From Felis catus (Eukaryota), in assembly GCF_018350175.1 (NCBI RefSeq), contig NC_058368.1, positions 150,104,001 to 150,168,000 on the forward strand: a stretch of 64,000 bases of DNA, read 5' to 3'. A program made the position numbers and the translations under genes. Position 1 is the stretch's first letter, and each line of letters opens with the position of its first letter. This document shows, piece after piece, positions 24,485 to 37,144 of this stretch. The notes under the pieces are model-generated. The model was not told the DNA's origin, did not search any database, and saw only the letters and a list, made by a program, of their open reading frames with translations.

Positions 24485-25325
24485 GAAAATATTAGAGGAA
24501 ATGGTTTCCTTTGTTACTGAATTTAGTTATTTGAAATTTCAATTATCTTTGGATCTAGTTTTGTATATGAACCTATGATTTCAACTTTTTATTTTCTAAA
24601 ATCTATATTAAGTGCTTCCAATGAAATTTTGAAACAGATATGGTTTAAGTACAAAATACATCATGGATTTTGAAAACAATACAAAAGAAAATATAAAATC
24701 TCATTAACAGTTTTATGTTTATTACATATTGAAATAATTATTTTAGATATACTGGATCACATAAAATATACACTAAAATTAAGATAATGTTTCTTTTTAC
24801 TTTTAAAATGTGGCTACTAGAAAATGTAAAATGATATACCTGACTTGTATTCTACTTTTATTATTTTTTCTTGAATTTACATAATTTTTCACTATTATTA
24901 TTTTGCGCATATTTTCCACTTCCCTTGTCTTTTTTTCTTTCATGTATATTTTGTAGTAAACACTAGAGGCATTTATCTATAAAACTTATTAAGTATTTGT
25001 ATTGCACACTCAGTGGCCTCTGTTAAATCATTATTTACCTAGAATATCATTCTAGTAAATATGGAAATTACATTTTATTACTAATATATAAAATGTATTA
25101 GTCATTTTGGACATTTGTCAAGAATTTAATGTTAAAATATTAATAAATGAATCGACATTGTATCTTTTCTTTGTGGGCAATGCCATGCAGAAACCTAAGT
25201 CTTAAATATTAACACATCATGTCCTTCCTTTTCTTTTAGATTATCTGTTCTTCTTTAAAATAGACTTTGAACTTGGTAAGAAAGCTTTAAGTGAGGATAA
25301 AAGTATATAAATTTATTTTATAGTG

Positions 25326-25345
25326 TTTTTTTAAGTTTCTTTATT

Positions 25346-25389
<44 letters not shown>

Positions 25390-25563
25390 TGTGTGTATGT
25401 GTGAAAGCAGAAGAGTGGCAGAGAAAGAGGAGAGAATCACAAGCAGGCTCTGCACTGTCAGCACAGAGCCCAAGGTGGGGCTTGATCTCACAAACCATGA
25501 GATCATGACCTGAGCTGAAACCAAGAGTAGAACACTTAACCCGCTGAGCCACCCAGGTGCCCC
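25326..25563 (-). mobile_element. Older Can-SINE with (GA)n(GT)n tract
   Basis: GATCATGACCTGAGCTGAAACCAAGAGT...GAGCCACCCAGGTGCCCC head. Confidence 0.93.
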
Positions 25564-26082
25564 TCAATATTTTTTAGTTCTAAGTGGGTTAAAAATATTG
25601 GAGGAAAAATATTTTCAAAATCAGACTTGCTAGCAAAGTAGGCAAGGATAGATCCGCACATATGTGAGACTGTTGGGTGTCATGCTTCAGGGTTTATGTA
25701 TGGTAAAATTCTCTACATTCAGTCACAGAGGAGGTGAATTAGAAATTAGATAAACTTAACTGTAGAATCACTAGACACAGGCAACATTACTGCCCTCAAA
25801 GAGTCCCAGTAGTAGCTCAAATCACAGCCTCAGGGTAATTGGCACTGAGAGACACTTGAAATTACATGTTGGCACCACAGTCTCTGCAACTAATTTAATT
25901 ATGCTCAGGACCAGTAAAATCTGGTCCAGAATGGGATATTAAGGTTGACTTTGAAATGTGAATAATGCTGATTTGTCACAGATCCAGCTTATAGTGTATT
26001 AATGTTTTACTTTAGACTGTGGTAAAGATGTGATGGTCCCTCCCTGGATTTTTTTACTTCCGTCTTTAGAGTTCTGACTTTC

Positions 26083-26312
26083 TTTTTTTTTTTTTTAATT
26101 TTTTTTCAATGTTTTTTATTTATTTTTGGGACAGAGAGAGACAGAGCATGAACGGGGGAGGGGCAGAGAGAGAGGGAGACACAGAATCGGAAACAGGCTC
26201 CAGGCTCTGAGCCATCAGCCCAGAGCCTGAAGCGGGGCTCGAACTCCCGGACCGCGAGATCGTGACCTGGCTGAAGTCGGACGCTTAACCGACTGCGCCA
26301 CCCAGGCGCCCC
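26083..26312 (-). mobile_element. Young felid Can-SINE (SINEC_Fc-type), full length
   Basis: CpGs intact. Perfect 16-bp TSD TAGAGTTCTGACTTTC at 26067-26082 and 26314-26329. Confidence 0.97.
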
Positions 26313-26720
26313 ATAGAGTTCTGACTTTCAAAACATGAACAAAACAGAAAGAGAGAAGGAGGAAGGGAGGAAAATTGGGTAAGAGAAAGGGAGGTAGAGA
26401 GGAAAGGAGGAAAAACTCAGAAGAACAAAAAACAATAACAGCAAAAATAAACTCTCAAAACATTAGAAGCAATTCCTGTATTCCTTGCATGAAATGAGTT
26501 CTACAATCTCACATTTCTTCCTCTTTTGAGGAGAATGGAGGAGAAAGTATAAATACATTTCAATTTAACACAGAGGTATTTTCCAATCCTTACTTCTTAT
26601 CTTTATTCTCTTGTGAAGGTGGACACCCTCAGTATCACAATTACCTTGCTCTATCCTGGTAGGCTCCTATTTAAAAGAATCAGAGTATAAGTCCTAACTG
26701 GGTTCAATAAAAACTCACAT

Positions 26721-27750
26721 ACACACTCGCTGATTTCAAATTGTACTACAAAGCTTTGGATAGTAATCAAAACAGGATGGTACTGGCATAAAAACAGACA
26801 CATAGAGAACACAGAAAAATCCCTGGTATATATGGTAAATTAATCTATGCTAAAGGAAGCAAAAATATACAACGAGGAAAATGCAGTCTCTTCAATAAAT
26901 GGTGCTGAGAAAACTGAATAGCTACAACTCAAAAAAAAAAAATGAAACTGGACCACAATCTTATACGACATACAAAAATAAATTCCAAATGGATTAAAGA
27001 CTTAAATGTAAGATCTGAAATCATAAACTCATTGAAAAAAACCACAGGCAGTAAGTTCTTTAACATCGATCTTAGCAATATATACATATATTTGACCAGT
27101 CTCCTCAAGCAAAGGCAACAAAAACTAAAATAAACGCAACTACATCAAGCTAAAAAGCTTTTGCATAGTGAAGGAAGCCATCAAAAAAATGAAAAGGTAA
27201 CCAAGAGAAAGGTAGAAGGTATTTGCCAAACATACATCTGACATGAGGCACTAATATTCAAAATATATATTTACACAGGTTAATATCAAAAATACCTCCA
27301 AATAGCTGATTGAGAAATGGGCAGAGACCTTGTATCAACATTTTTTCCAAAGAAGACATACAGATGCCCAAAGAGCTGTGACAAGATACCATCACCAATC
27401 ATCAGGGCTATGCAAATCAAAACTACAAAAAACCACCACTTTATTCTGGCAAGTTAGTTATTATCAAAAAGATGAAAAAAAAAATAACAAGTGTTGGCAA
27501 GGATGTGGAGAACAGAAAACCCTCATACACTTTTGGCAGGAATGTAAATTGGTAGAGCCACTATGGAAAACAGTACGGAAGTTCCTCAAATAAATAAAAA
27601 GATAGCTACCATATGATCTGCAATTCTACTTCTGGGTATTTATCCAAAGAGATATATGCATACTTATGTGCACTGTGGCATTATTTACAATAGCCAAGAT
27701 ATGGAAGTAATCTAGGTATCCAGTGATAAATTAATAAAAAGGTGTGGGGG

Positions 27751-27804
<54 letters not shown>

Positions 27805-28261
27805 GAATGTTGCTCACCCATAAAGAAGAATGAAATCTTAACAGTTGTGGCAACATAGGTGGACTTAGAGGAAATTATGTTAAATGAAATAACTCTCACG
27901 GACAAAGACAAACACTGTATGATTTCACTTCGATGTGGAATAAAAAAAAAAAAAACAGAAACACTGTTAGAGATAGGAAATAAACTATTCGTTACCAGAG
28001 GAGGAAGGGATTGGGGGCAGATAAAATAGGTGAAGAGGATTAGAGGTATAAACTTCCAGTTATAAAATGAATAATTCATAGGGACATAATGCACAGTATA
28101 GGGAATATAGTCAATAATATTTTAATAACTTTGTATGGTGACAGATGGTAACTAGACTTATCATGGGGATCATTGCAAATATATAAAAATATCAAATCAC
28201 TATGATGTACACCTGAAACAAATTGGATATTGTATGTCACTTACACTTCAATTTAAAAATG
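26721..28261 (+). mobile_element. 5'-truncated older L1 (ORF2 3' part and 3' UTR)
   Basis: ORF2 remnants [19 protein letters not shown] and [10 protein letters not shown]. 3' UTR contains ACTTCCAGTTATAAAATGAATAA...GTACACCTGAAAC. (CA)n at 27753-27801. Candidate TSD TAAAAACTCA at 26708 and 28262. Confidence 0.93.
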
Positions 28262-30489
28262 TAAAAACTCAAATTCAGTTAAATGCATGGGCTTATGCAC
28301 ATGTACAAGTGCAAATGCATGTACATGTATACACACATACACACAGATTCCTGCCACAAGGAGTGTTTTAAGGCTTAGAATAAAGCAGCTTATCCATCAT
28401 TAGAGCAGCTGGCAGTGCAGATATACCATCAGTGCTTTAGAAGTTTCATAATGTACTCGTTACAGTATTTGTAAATGAGTTGCCTGACGATAACACTGTC
28501 ACGTGCCAAGCAGACCCAGAGAAGGGCAAGGGGAATTAGAGTTCTGCCAGCAAAACTTTTTATTTTAGTAGGGGCATTAGGAAAGCAATAGTTCTATAAA
28601 AAGAGACCCTCAACTAATCTAAACTACTCAATATATGGCCTAGGTACAGGGTGGAAAATGTGGTCTATCTTTTTGATGCATATAGTCTTTACCTGATATA
28701 AATGAAGTATAGATGTATAGATGTAAAGATACTTATATGACGTGTAGGAATTTGTTTGCCAAAGAGGTTTTACATGAAGTACAACTACATGGAAGCAATG
28801 AGAGAACTATGTAAAATTACAAATACAACATTAGTTTTACTTTGTACTTTCTATGTGTCATCACTGGTGTAAATCCTTAAGGAATGTGTGTATGAGTTGC
28901 CCTACTTCTTATCCTCTGAAAGGGGTTCAAATGATTCAAGATAATTGCTATCGCCTTTTTATTTATCTCTTTCAACCCTTTCACTGGAGTTTTCATTATA
29001 ACTCTATGAAGTGACCAACTGGACTTTCCACTTGAACGTGGCTAAGCTGAGAAAATTACTACGGCCAGACCAAGCCTGCATGTGGTGAACAGGCAGTCTC
29101 ATTAAGATGGAATAAATACCAGCACCACTGTAATTTTTCTATCCTATTTGCCTTAATATACTCCAGCACTTAATCAAATATGTCAAGTAGCATTTGCTGG
29201 AGACAAACAGAGATCAAGGAAAGACTTGTTCTTCTCAGGCACCATGGTTCATAATAATTTCTGAGCATCCATAGAGCCTGGACCCAGCTTTGCCCTTTGT
29301 GATAGGTGACAGAATTTCTTGAGATATAATCTGTACACACATGTTATAAACTTTAATCATAGTTTTCATACAACCATGATGTTTCCATGATCTTTTTCTT
29401 CTCCAATCTGTCTTATTCATGTTGGCCTTAGCATATAAGAGATATCTATTTTTCCTCCCCTCAATGTACAGTCCTAGATTTTCTGATGCCAAACTCCTAA
29501 CTAGTCTAGTAAGAAATAGATTTTTTTCCTACCAAGTCCCTTTACTAGCATTATTAAATTAAAAAACGGGGACAGTTACTTTTACTTGTCTGTCTCTTTA
29601 AGTAAAATTTAAACAATTAAGAAAAGAATTTGTCTTTAACATACTGCTTCAGGAGTCTACTAAAAATTCGTGATGTTTATTCACTATGTACCCAAGCAGT
29701 TGATATTATGTAGTATTTTATACATTTAAATAATCTTTAACCTGCCAATTTATGTTAATTGCAGCGCCAGCTGAAAATAATGCACCATGTTACAACCTTC
29801 AATTGCATGTATATGGAAATGTCATGTATTTTTCATGAAACTTAAAACTTTTTCCAGTAAGTATGAGCATGTTGCAAAGAATTATAAATGTATTTTTATA
29901 TGCATAAATAGAAAAAAAACTAGGTAATTTAGAAAAAAGTATTAAGGCAATGTGGTTGTAAAGTGTTTCCATGTGTTTCCCTTCCAACACTTAATCCCAT
30001 TTTGTAACTCTAAAGATCACATTCTATTTGAAGAATACTCACTACTTACATATTTTAGCCAAAGTCTCCTAAATATAAATGTTGCACTTAACACATAATA
30101 TTTATTTAGTATTTAATAATAATATTCATTTATGTATTAAGTGCTTAGAAATTCTGAGAGATAATGCATATTTCTATGCTATAACATAATGCATTGTTCA
30201 TAATCTTCTAAATTGGTGTTCTTTAAGATCCATTTTAAACAAATACCAAAACATCAGAAACTAAAAAACTCACCATTTAATCTACAGTTTAGCTGATATA
30301 AAATAGCACGGACTTTTTAAAATCAATGATGCTTCTTTTTCCAAAACTTAGTGTATATAAGAATTGTTCTTCAAAAATGCTGGAATTTCATCTTAAATTG
30401 TTGTCTGATTGACTAAATCTACCAAAATATATTTGGTCACTTTAAACAAAAATTCTAAAAGACTTTTCTCTCCAGAATCGTAAATCATT

Positions 30490-30850
30490 CTCTGCCAGTT
30501 ATTTATGGTTACAAATGATGTCACAACCACAGAATCTCCAACAGTAATCACTTATTGCCACATATGTGAACCACTTGGTTAGAAGACTCTGATGATGACA
30601 GCTGTCACTCAAGTATCTATGGTTTTTCTGATCTACGACCACCACAACTGGGACAACTAGGATAACTCAGTTCTTCTTCTCTTGCCTCATTCAACAGACT
30701 AGCCAGTTGTGATCCATCGCAAAGGCACAGAGCTTCTGCTTGTATCACATCTGCTAACATCCAACTGGCCAAAGAAAGTCCCATAGCTAACTTCAGCATC
30801 AAGGAGTGGTAGAAGGGGCTTCAACCTTACATGACAGAGGGTGTTGAATT
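30490..30850 (-). mobile_element. MLT1 (MaLR) LTR fossil
   Basis: CTTCTGCTTGTATCACATCTGCTAACATCCAACTGGCCAAAGAAAGTCCCATAGCTAA is typical of antisense old MLT1 LTRs. Confidence 0.6.
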
Positions 30851-31129
30851 AGGTAAGTTTAAGAAGTTTGACAGATAAAGCAATCATTCCCCCAATACAC
30901 TCCTCTGCTTCTTTTTACTTAACAAATAACTGTTGTTATAATGATAGCTACCAAATAAAACAAAAACTCACAAAAAAAAAACCCAACATCCCAACAATAG
31001 AGAAAATTTAATTTCTGCCATAATAGCACAACCTGAAAGCTCTTACACTTTAGTGAGACTTCACATATTTTATATAGGACAGCTAAGATTAAATTCTACA
31101 TTGCATACTGTATGTAAGTATGAAAGTAA

Positions 31130-32255
31130 AAAGTGTTTTTGAAGGATGAAGTTGCAATTTTACATAGGTAGCCAAGGAAAACTGCATTAAGAAGTTTACA
31201 TTGGAATAAATACATGAAGAAAATGAGAGAGTGTGCCATATAAATGGCTGTAGAAAGAAAAGTTCAAGTAAAGAGAAGAACAATTCAAAGGCCTTGATAG
31301 AAGCATGTCTGATGTATTTCAGTAAAGCAAAGTATGATTCAATGAAGAGAAAGAAATATAAGAAATGGAAGTTAGAGAGGTAGTGGGGCTAGAAAAGGTA
31401 GAATTATGATTGTTGCAATGCCTTTGACTTTTATTCTCAATGGGGTGAAAAATCTGGAAATTTTTGAGCAATGGAATTTCATGATCTAACTTAAGCTTTA
31501 ATGGGTCACACACTCTGCTGTGTTAAGAAAAAATTGAATAGTAGCAAGGACAAAAGCAGTGGACTTTAGGAGATTATTGCAAAAAAACCAGGTGGCAAAT
31601 AACAGTGTTAGGACAAAAATTGTAGCAGAGAAGATGATGAGAAGTGAATGATAAATGTATTTTGAAATTAGAGCCAACAACATAATCTGATCAATAACTG
31701 TGGGGTATGAGAAAAAGACACAAGTCAAAATTACTCTAAGGTTTCCACCTGAGCAATTGGAAAATGGAGTTTCTATTTACTGAGATGGGAAAAACAGTGG
31801 GAAGGCAGATTTGGGAAGGATATCAGGAGCTAAGTTTCTGACATGTTAAGTTTAAATATCATGTTACATTTAAAAGTCACAGAGACCACTGGATGTACGG
31901 AGTATGGAGATCAGAGGTAAGATGATGAATGAAATTATTTATTTGGCAGTCATCCTTTTACAGATAGCATTAAAACCACAGACTGATGTGGTAACCAAGG
32001 TAGTCAAGGACAAAGACAGAAGAAGAGGTACAAGAAGCATACTACTGTCAAGAGTGGGAGGGATAAGAAGAAACCAGCAAAAGATACAAAGAAAGGCAGC
32101 CAGTGAGGTAGGAGGAAAACCAGGAAAGTACATCTGGGAGTCAAGTGAAGAGACTATAAAAGAAGAAAGAGTGTGTGATATGTACGTTTACACAAGAAGA
32201 ACTAAGAACTGATGATGCATTTAGCGATAGGAATGCCGTTGATGACTGATGGGGA
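31130..32255 (-). mobile_element. L2 (L2a-like) fossil, ~1.1 kb
   Basis: Purine-rich antisense L2 pattern: CAAAGGCCTTGA...GACTTTTATTCT...TTTTGAGCA...CTGAGCAATTGGAAAATGGAGTT..TTTACTGAGATGGGAAA...GCCAGTGAGGTAGGAGGAAAACCAGGA. Confidence 0.8.
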
Positions 32256-32264
32256 AAATTGAAC

Positions 32265-33120
32265 CTAAAAGGAGAGATTACTACTGATTTTACAGCCTTT
32301 AAAAGGTAATAAGAATATTTTGAATAACTTTATGCTGAGGCATTTTAAAATTTAGATAAATGAGTCAATTTCTAAAAACACAGATCTTACCAAAACAGAA
32401 AAGAAAATCTAAATAGGCCAACACATATTAAATTGAATCTGTAATTTACAATATACCCATAAGAAAAATTCTAGGCCCAGATGGCTTCACTTGTGAATTC
32501 TCAAAAGATTTTAAGAAGATATACCACGAATCTTATCCAAATATAACAAAATAGAACAGAAAGGAATGTGACTTCTCATTTTATGTGAGCAGACAAGGAT
32601 GATTCCAGAAAGAACTATTACAGGCCAATCCCTCATAAAACTAAATGCAACCCTCCCAATTTATCAAAGAGAATCCAATAATTAAAAAAATAAATCATGA
32701 TATACTTATTTATTTATGGGATGTAAAGTTGATTTCATGTTCTGAAATCAACCAATTTAATACATCAATCAAATTAATAGGGCAAAAAACACAAGACACA
32801 TAATCATTTCATTACACACAGAAATGTATTCAATAAAATAATATTCCACATTCATTCACAATAAAACCTCTTAATAGGTGAGGAATGGAATGGAACTTCC
32901 ATAAGAAAAAGTTTATTTGTAAAGGACCTATAACAAATGTCATACTTCACTGAGAAATACTGAAAATTTTCCACCTGAAGTTGTTTTCAAGACAAGTATG
33001 TTTACCATCAGAAATGTATTGTTACCATATTTTCAAGTATTTTTACAGTCAAAATGTCTGGTAGCTTTTTACTCTATTAAAATTTAAAGCTTCAATCAAA
33101 GACAATTTTAAGAAGGCAGA
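32265..33120 (+). mobile_element. Ancient L1 (L1M-type) ORF2 fossil, 5' host fragment
   Basis: CTAGGCCCAGATGGCTTCACTTGTGAATTC (GPDGFT motif) and AACTATTACAGGCCAATCCCTCAT (NYRPI). Heavily decayed. Confidence 0.8.
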
Positions 33121-33135
33121 AATGTAGAAAAAATC

Positions 33136-36100
33136 TTCCAGGAAGATGGTGGAATAGGAGGATCCTAAACTCCCTTCCTTTCATGGATACACATAGATAC
33201 CATCCACATCAGCGTAAGTAACCCAGAAAACTGCCAGAAGACTGGCAGAACTGACTCTCCACAGCTAACCATAGAGAAAAAGCCATACTGAAAACAGTAG
33301 GTAGGGTGGAGATGCAGTCAGGAACCAAGCTGCACCACAAGATGGTCCACAGGAGGATGTACCACTGCAAGCACAGAGAAGGAAGACCAACAGGCTCCAT
33401 CCCCAGACATCCCAGGCATGGGGCACCTGCACTAAGAAGATGAATCCCCATAAGATTTGTCTTTGAAAATCCAAAGGGCATAATTTCATGAGTTCTTACC
33501 ATCAGTGGGAATTAACACCTGATACTTTAAAAATAAGTGACTCAGGAGAGCCACAGAGTAAAAAGAAACTGAGTCCCTGTCCCCACAGAGATAACCCAAT
33601 CAACAGCTCACCTAAAAGACAGCATAGAGCAGCAATTTGAAAAACACGTAGGGCTTATGGGAAGGAAATATATTTACTAATTTTGGAGTATGTGCTGGGG
33701 GGCATGGATCTTTGGGAGACTTCTTCAAGAACAAAAGAGCTGGTGAGCCCTATTTTCCTCCCCCATTTCCCTCACCAACCCAGTCTAGATAGATACCTGT
33801 GGGAACCAGCATAGCACACTCTCTACCTAGCTTGCTAACAGAGCACCCTGCTTTCACACTCTTCAGTGGACCCAGCACCTCCAACAAACCCTCCACAGTT
33901 TTCCAAATCTGGTACCAGGTGTCCTCCCACCACAGACCTGTACAAACCATGCCAATGTCATGTACTCTGCCACCATACTGTTCTACAGAGTTTCCACCTC
34001 CAACCTGGCCTCAAAATAAATATATCCAAAAATGTGCTAAAAGTTTAGAATTGCACAAGCAGCCTCAATAGGGGCCAGATCATTCTAAAGTGACTGTCCC
34101 TGGGAGAGGGGAAGATACTCACACACATCAGTTTGACTGAAGTCCACACAGTGGGCTGGGGGCAGACAGACACCTGGTCTGATGGCAGGTCTAGCCCACC
34201 AATGAAAATCTCCCAGGGGGACAACCTAGGGAGAGTACCCTATAGGTAGGTCAGTGCTACTACATTTCTGACAAATGCCTGGTCTGACCCAACTTAAGCC
34301 CAAGGCAGCCCAGACTGGAGACATAGCTGACTTGCCTAACACATAGGAACAGAGAGGTAAAATGAGGATACAGAGGAATACGTTTCAAAGAACAGGACAA
34401 AATCATACCAAGAGAACTAAATAAAACAGAAAAAAAGTAATATGCCTGATAGAGATATTAAAATAATTATAATATAGATACTCACTGGACTTGAGAAAAG
34501 AGTGGAGGATGTCATTGAGACTCTCAATGGAGAGAAAAGATTTTAAAAAAACCTATCAGAGACGAAGAACTCACTAATTCATATTAAAACATTCTGGATG
34601 GAATGAACACTAGACTAGAGAAAGCAGAGTAATGGTTCAGTAACCTGGAGGATGGAGTAATGTAAAGCAATCAGGCTGAACAGCAGGGAGAAAAAAATAA
34701 TAATAAATGAGTATAGACTAAGGGAACTCTGTGACACCATCAAATATAATAACATTCACATTACAATGATCCCAGAAGGAAAAGAGAAAATGGGTCAGAA
34801 ATTTTATTTGAAAAAATAGCTGCAAATTTCTTGAATCTGAGGAAAAGAACAGAAATCTAGATCCAGGGGAACAGAGAGCACCCCCCCCCATAAACCCACA
34901 CACACACACACACACACATACACACACACACAATCCATGCAAGAGGGTCGATACCAAAGCACATAGTGATTAAAATAGCAAAAAGTGACAGAGAATTTTA
35001 AAAACAAGAGAAAAGAATTACATATAAGGGAAATCCTGTAAGGCTATCAGCTGATTTTTCAGCAGAAACTTTGCAGGCCAGAAGGGAGTGGCATGATACA
35101 TTCAAAGTGCTGAGGAAAAAACCAACAACCCTGAAACCAAAATACTCTATCCAGCAAGGCTACCATTTAGAATAGGAAGAGAGATAAAGAGTTTCCCAAA
35201 CTTAAGTGAAAGGAATTCATCACCACTAAACCAGCCTTACAAGAAAGTTAAAGGGGATTCTTTGACTAGAAAGAATATAAGCAGGAGTAAGAAAAGTAGG
35301 AAGTACAAAAGCAGTAAAATTAAGTATATCTATAAAAATCAGTCAAGGGATTCACAACATAAAAGGATGCAAAGAATGACACTATATATTTAAAATATGG
35401 AGACAGGAGTATAAATTTAGTGCTTTTAGGATGGATTCCAACTTAAACAAGCATCAACTTAATATACACTGTTATAGGCCTAAGATGCTATGTACAAACC
35501 TAATGGTAACCGATAATGGATACACAAATAATAGAGAAAGGAATCCAAAATATCACTAAAGAAAGCCAGAAAACTGAAAGAAATGAGCAAGAGAAGAAAG
35601 GAACAGAGAAGAGCTAAAAAAAAAAAAACAAAAACAAAACAAAACCAACAACCATGACACAAGTAAAATGGCACTAAATACACATCTTACCAATATTACT
35701 TTTAATGTTATGTAATAAACACTCCAAAGACACATGGTGATAGAATTGATGAAAAAGCAAATCTCATCTATATGCTGCCTACAACAGACTAATTTTAGAC
35801 CTAAAGACACATGCAGATGAAAAGTGAAGGGTTGGAAAAACTTATTATACAAATACAAGTGAAAAGAAAGCTGGGGTAGCAATACTTGTATAGGAAAAAA
35901 ACAGACATGAAAACAAAGACTTTAACAAGAGACAAAGAAGCACACTACATACTCAAAAAGGGAACAATCAAACAAGAAGATATAACAATGGCAAATATTT
36001 ACGTACCCAACATGGGAGAACCCAAACACATAAAGCAGCTACTGACAAACATTAAGGAAATAACTGATAGTAATACAAAAGTAGGGGACTTTAACTCCCC

Positions 36101-36829
36101 ACTCACATACATGGATAGATCATTGAAACATAAAATCAACAAGGAAACAATGGCTTTGAGTGACACATTAGACCAGATGAATCTTACATGTATATTCACA
36201 ACATTTTACCCTAAAACAGTAGAATACATATTCTTCTCAAGTATACATGAGATATTCTCCAGAATAGATCATGTTAGGTCACAAAACAAGTCCTAACATA
36301 TTCACAAATACTGAAATCACATAATGCATCTTTTCCAACCACAACACTATGAAACTAGAACTCAACTACAGGAAACAATCTGGAAAGAACACAGATATAT
36401 GGAGGTTAAGTAAAATGCTACTAAACAATGAATGAGTCAACCAAGAAATCAAAAAAGAAATACAAAAATACATGGAGATAAATAAAAATGAAACACACAA
36501 TGGTCCAAAATCTTTGGGATGCAGCAAAATCTGTTCTAAGAGGGAAGTTTATAGGAATACAGATCTACCTCAAGAAGCAAGAAATATTTCAAGTGAACAA
36601 CTTAACCTTACACTTAAATGAGCTAGAAAAAGAACAAAAAAATCCAAAACCAGTAAAAGGAAGGAAATATAGATTAGAGCAGAAATAAATGAAATATAAA
36701 CTAAACAAAAAAAAAAAACCCCAAAACAAAACAAAACAAAAAACCACAATAGAACAGATCAATGAAACCAGGAGTCAGTTCTTTGAAAAAGATCAACAAA
36801 AAAGATAAAATTTCATCCAGACTAATCAA

Positions 36830-36874
<45 letters not shown>

Positions 36875-37084
36875 TCAATCAAAAACAGAAATGAAGGGAA
36901 ATAACCAACACCACAGAATTACAAAGGATATGAGAATACTATGAAAAATTATATGGCAATAAATTGGAAAACCTAGAAGAATTGGGTAGATGCCTAGAAA
37001 CATAAAATCTTCCAAAAGTCATCCAGAAAGAAATAGAAAATTTGAACAAACTGATTACCAGCAATGAAATTGAATCAGTAACTT

Positions 37085-37144
<60 letters not shown>

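Larger units (their letters stand above)
22900..24862 (+). mobile_element. Charlie5/MER33-family hAT transposon relic with decayed transposase
   Basis: The 3' end (24650-24860) matches recalled MER33 (...TCTCATTAA...TTTCTTTTTACTTTTAAAATGTGGCTACTAGAAAAT). Residual hAT motifs: HWLSLRKILLR at 23828-23860 and FGSSFVYEPMIS at 24548-24583. The left boundary is uncertain. Confidence 0.7.
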
